Positions 61,053 to 64,000 of a stretch of 64,000 bases of DNA are shown here, one piece after another. A model generated the notes under the pieces. That model worked only from the letters and a program-made list of their open reading frames with translations. It was not told the origin of the DNA and did no database searches. The translations under genes were made by a program, and so were the position numbers. Positions within the stretch are counted from its first letter, which is position 1. Each line of letters opens with the position of its first letter. Source of the DNA: a virus; IMG/VR virus record IMGVR_UViG_3300033149_002985, positions 28,966-92,965 of that record; one strand, 5' to 3'.

Positions 61053-62315
61053 TTATCCTTTCACAACAGCTAATGGTTTTAATTTCACTACAATATCTAC
61101 TAAATCTTTTTGTTCTTCCATAATAACATCAATGTCTTTGTAAGCACTCGGAGCTTCATCTAAATTAGATTTATGTCGAACCGAATGGATAATCCCTTGA
61201 TCGTTTAATAATTTTTGTTCATCTTCTAAATTTAATTCGTTTCGTGCTTTCTTTCTACTCATTTTTCTACCTGCACCATGAGAGCATGAGGTAAAGGACT
61301 CAATATTTCCTTTCCCCTTAACAATATAAGATGATGTACCTTGTGAACCTGGAATAATACCTAATTCTCCTTCTTTAGCACTTGTAGCACCTTTTCTATG
61401 AATCCAAACATTTTTTCCAAAATGATTTTCTAACGAAGCATAATTATGATGGATATTGATTTCCTGTTCAAATTCTAATATTTTAGTTTTATTGAAATTA
61501 TGCACAACTTTAACAGTATTAAAACAAACTTTAATATCTAAGGCTTTACAAAATGCTTTTTTAATATTCTCTAACATATGTAATCTATTTGCATAGGCAA
61601 ACTCTAAACAATAATTCATTTCTCGAAGATAATTTTCGGCTTCTTTAGTTCCTATCGGAAGAAAAGCCAACCCATCTTCCCCTTTATATTCAGGGATATT
61701 TGAATGCCATTGTTTGCATAAATCCTGTGCTAATTTATTATAATGTTTAGCTACTTTATATCCTAAATTCCTACTTCCTGAATGGATCATTATCCAAATA
61801 AACCCATCATCTCCTTTTTGGATTTCTATAAAATGATTTCCACCACCTAATGTTCCTAACTGTTTTAAAGCCGATTTATATTCTTGTTCACAAATACTAA
61901 CATGTTCGCCTGTTTCATAACTTAATTCTATAATCTTCGGCATTAAAGATTCATTTTGAGCCTTTTTATGATGATTAAATCCAACAGGAATTAAACCTCT
62001 TATTCCTCCCTGATTTTCTTTAGAGCCACCTAAAATTGCTTTTAATTGTTCTGTTGATATCTCCTTCAAACTCGTTTTAACTGCACACATACCACAACCG
62101 ATATCAACCCCTACTGCATTAGGAATAATAACACCATTAGTAGCAATAACTCCTCCTATCGGCATTCCATAGCCTTGATGTACATCGGGCATTAATGCTA
62201 TATGCCTATAAATAAAAGGAAGAGAAGCCAAATTTCTAGCTTGATCTAAAGCCCCTTCTTCTGGATTATTACACCATGATTTAATAGGCACATTTTTGCC
62301 TTCAATTATTTTCAT
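61053..62315 (-). CDS. rtcB: RtcB RNA ligase
   Basis: MPDVH.GYG.PIG, GVDIGCGM, GTLGGGNHFIE, HSGSR, HHN, HRKGAT, SHGAGR, DEAP.AYK. Confidence 0.95.
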   Translation of the reverse strand: MKIIEGKNVPIKSWCNNPEEGALDQARNLASLPFIYRHIALMPDVHQGYGMPIGGVIATNGVIIPNAVGVDIGCGMCAVKTSLKEISTEQLKAILGGSKENQGGIRGLIPVGFNHHKKAQNESLMPKIIELSYETGEHVSICEQEYKSALKQLGTLGGGNHFIEIQKGDDGFIWIMIHSGSRNLGYKVAKHYNKLAQDLCKQWHSNIPEYKGEDGLAFLPIGTKEAENYLREMNYCLEFAYANRLHMLENIKKAFCKALDIKVCFNTVKVVHNFNKTKILEFEQEINIHHNYASLENHFGKNVWIHRKGATSAKEGELGIIPGSQGTSSYIVKGKGNIESFTSCSHGAGRKMSRKKARNELNLEDEQKLLNDQGIIHSVRHKSNLDEAPSAYKDIDVIMEEQKDLVDIVVKLKPLAVVKG

Positions 62316-62704
62316 TTTATTACTCCTTCTATACATGCCCGATATTCCATATCTACTGTTTGATCTATTGAACCTTTGGAAACAATAATACCAAGCCATT
62401 TATTAAGTTGTTGTTTTGTAATCCATTCTTCTGAGTCTTCCCTATTAGGAAACCAAGCAAAAGACCATGCTTTAGGAGGTATCATATCCAATTGTCTTTG
62501 TCTTTGTTTTTTGCGTTCTTTAAATGCCTTCTTTATAACAGATACCCCTAAGAAGTCAAGATACCCTAAACATTTAATCCCTATATCAATACCTCGTGCA
62601 GGGGCTTCAAAATGTGAGATTGTATGGCTTCCTTTACAATATTTAACTTTTAATCCTCTGCGAATTAGTTTTTTAACTATAACTTCTCGATCAAAGTTTG
62701 ACAT
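62312..62704 (-). CDS. Hypothetical protein
   Basis: ORF with GGAG RBS. Confidence 0.55.
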   Translation of the reverse strand: MSNFDREVIVKKLIRRGLKVKYCKGSHTISHFEAPARGIDIGIKCLGYLDFLGVSVIKKAFKERKKQRQRQLDMIPPKAWSFAWFPNREDSEEWITKQQLNKWLGIIVSKGSIDQTVDMEYRACIEGVIK

Positions 62705-64000
62705 TTTTAACCCTCCTTTAAATTTGTTTTTTAAAATATATTAAATTTAGTTTATTCATCAGATTTTATACCATTTTTCCAAATCATATCTTCTGGACTA
62801 TCTTCATATTCGTTTAGACATTTGCTAATAACTACATCATTTAAGCCATTATTAATTAATTTTTTAGCATGTATTAATGCTTTTTTATAATTATCAATAT
62901 ATAATTCATCTTTTTCAATTCTTTCACTATAAACATGATACCATTTGCATTTCATTTTTGTTTCTCCTTTCTTAATTCTTTTAATTGACAATCAATACAA
63001 GGGCATTGTTTATTAGGTTCATTTACAGAAAACATTTTCATTTCTTTACCACAAATAATACAATTAAAAATCCACCACATAAATTTTTTAACTCTTTATC
63101 TTCTTCCATAATTCCTTTAACATTAAATTTCTCATTTTAGGTATTTTAGAATATACTCTTTTAATTACTTCCTCAGTTCCTTCTATACCATAGAAAGATA
63201 TTGCCCTTTCTATACCTTCTTGTGTTAATAAATTTATAATATTATATTCTTTCATTTTATTTTTCCAATTTTCATATCAAATGGCATTAAAATATTATCC
63301 TCCCATCTATATCTTGATTTAGATTATGCAATTTTTTTCTACATCTGTAATATAGTTTTTCAAACATTTCTTTTTCTTTTTTTAATTTTTGATAAGAAGT
63401 TATAGTTTTCATTTTATTCCCTTTTTCAAATCTTTTAATGTTGAATGATGATATTCATGCCAAGTAGCAAAATGAGTTAGCCAAACCTTAATAATATTGT
63501 CATTATTTTTATGATGTTTTTTATAATATTCTTTTGCATCTTTTACAGTTAAATCTTTTGTTATTCTATAACATTTACCATTTTTTCCTTTTGTGCGATA
63601 TGTAATCCACATAAATTTACTCCTTTTCTTTTTGAATTAGACGATCTGTCATTGTGGATAAGATTTTCCTATTTTATTTCTGAAAGACTATTATCCGATT
63701 TTCTAGTAACAATAAAATATTTGCATTTAATATTAATTGATTTACCAGATTTAAAATTAATTTTTATCTTCGCTATAGTATATTCCTCTTTCTTTTATTA
63801 TCATTATATTAAGGATTGAACAACTTTTTTAATATATCTAAATTCTGATAATAAGCATTCTGACTTAACAGAAGCATATTTTATTGTTTTAATATTTTTA
63901 ATAAAAAATTGATAACAATTAATTTGAACAGTATTATCACAAATACTTATATTAAATTGTAAACCTATTATATTAATAACTGCTTTTGTAGCCAACGCCT

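Noticed and set aside
9256-62744. Many + strand ORFs in the track (e.g. 11954, 19397, 32874, 42385, 62376)
   Set aside because: Antisense shadows of real - strand genes, with F/S/L/I-rich composition and no RBS

Overview
AT-rich segment of a large tailed dsDNA bacteriophage genome. A bacterial host is inferred from sigma70-type promoters, GGAG ribosome-binding sites, and RecA, RuvB, ClpP and deformylase homologues; the sequence reads in standard code 11. Bases 1-8067 (+) are the end of a virion/tail operon, including a 1189-aa DUF2341/LamG adhesin-like protein. Bases 8064-64000 (-) are one dense block. It holds many small accessory genes, a glycosyl/methyl/pyruvyl-transferase plus B12 radical-SAM cluster, a Rad50 split around Mre11, a family B DNA polymerase with non-canonical motifs, tandem RecA paralogues, resolvases, a Prim-Pol/helicase, nucleotide-pool enzymes, a tyrosine recombinase, RuvB and RtcB. 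The most striking observations are: (1) a compact five-enzyme proteolysis module (ClpP, deformylase, trypsin-like protease, RseP-like protease, M42 aminopeptidase) resembling a phage-borne regulated-intramembrane-proteolysis cascade; (2) a small Zn-finger protein carrying the canonical PolB motif B (NSAYG) that the full-length polymerase lacks; (3) sharp intragenic patches of raised GC3; (4) several structured non-coding elements and a conserved TTGACA-N18-TATACT promoter family. No tRNA, CRISPR array, reverse transcriptase or intein was seen. All protein calls come from motif recognition by eye; no database searches were run.
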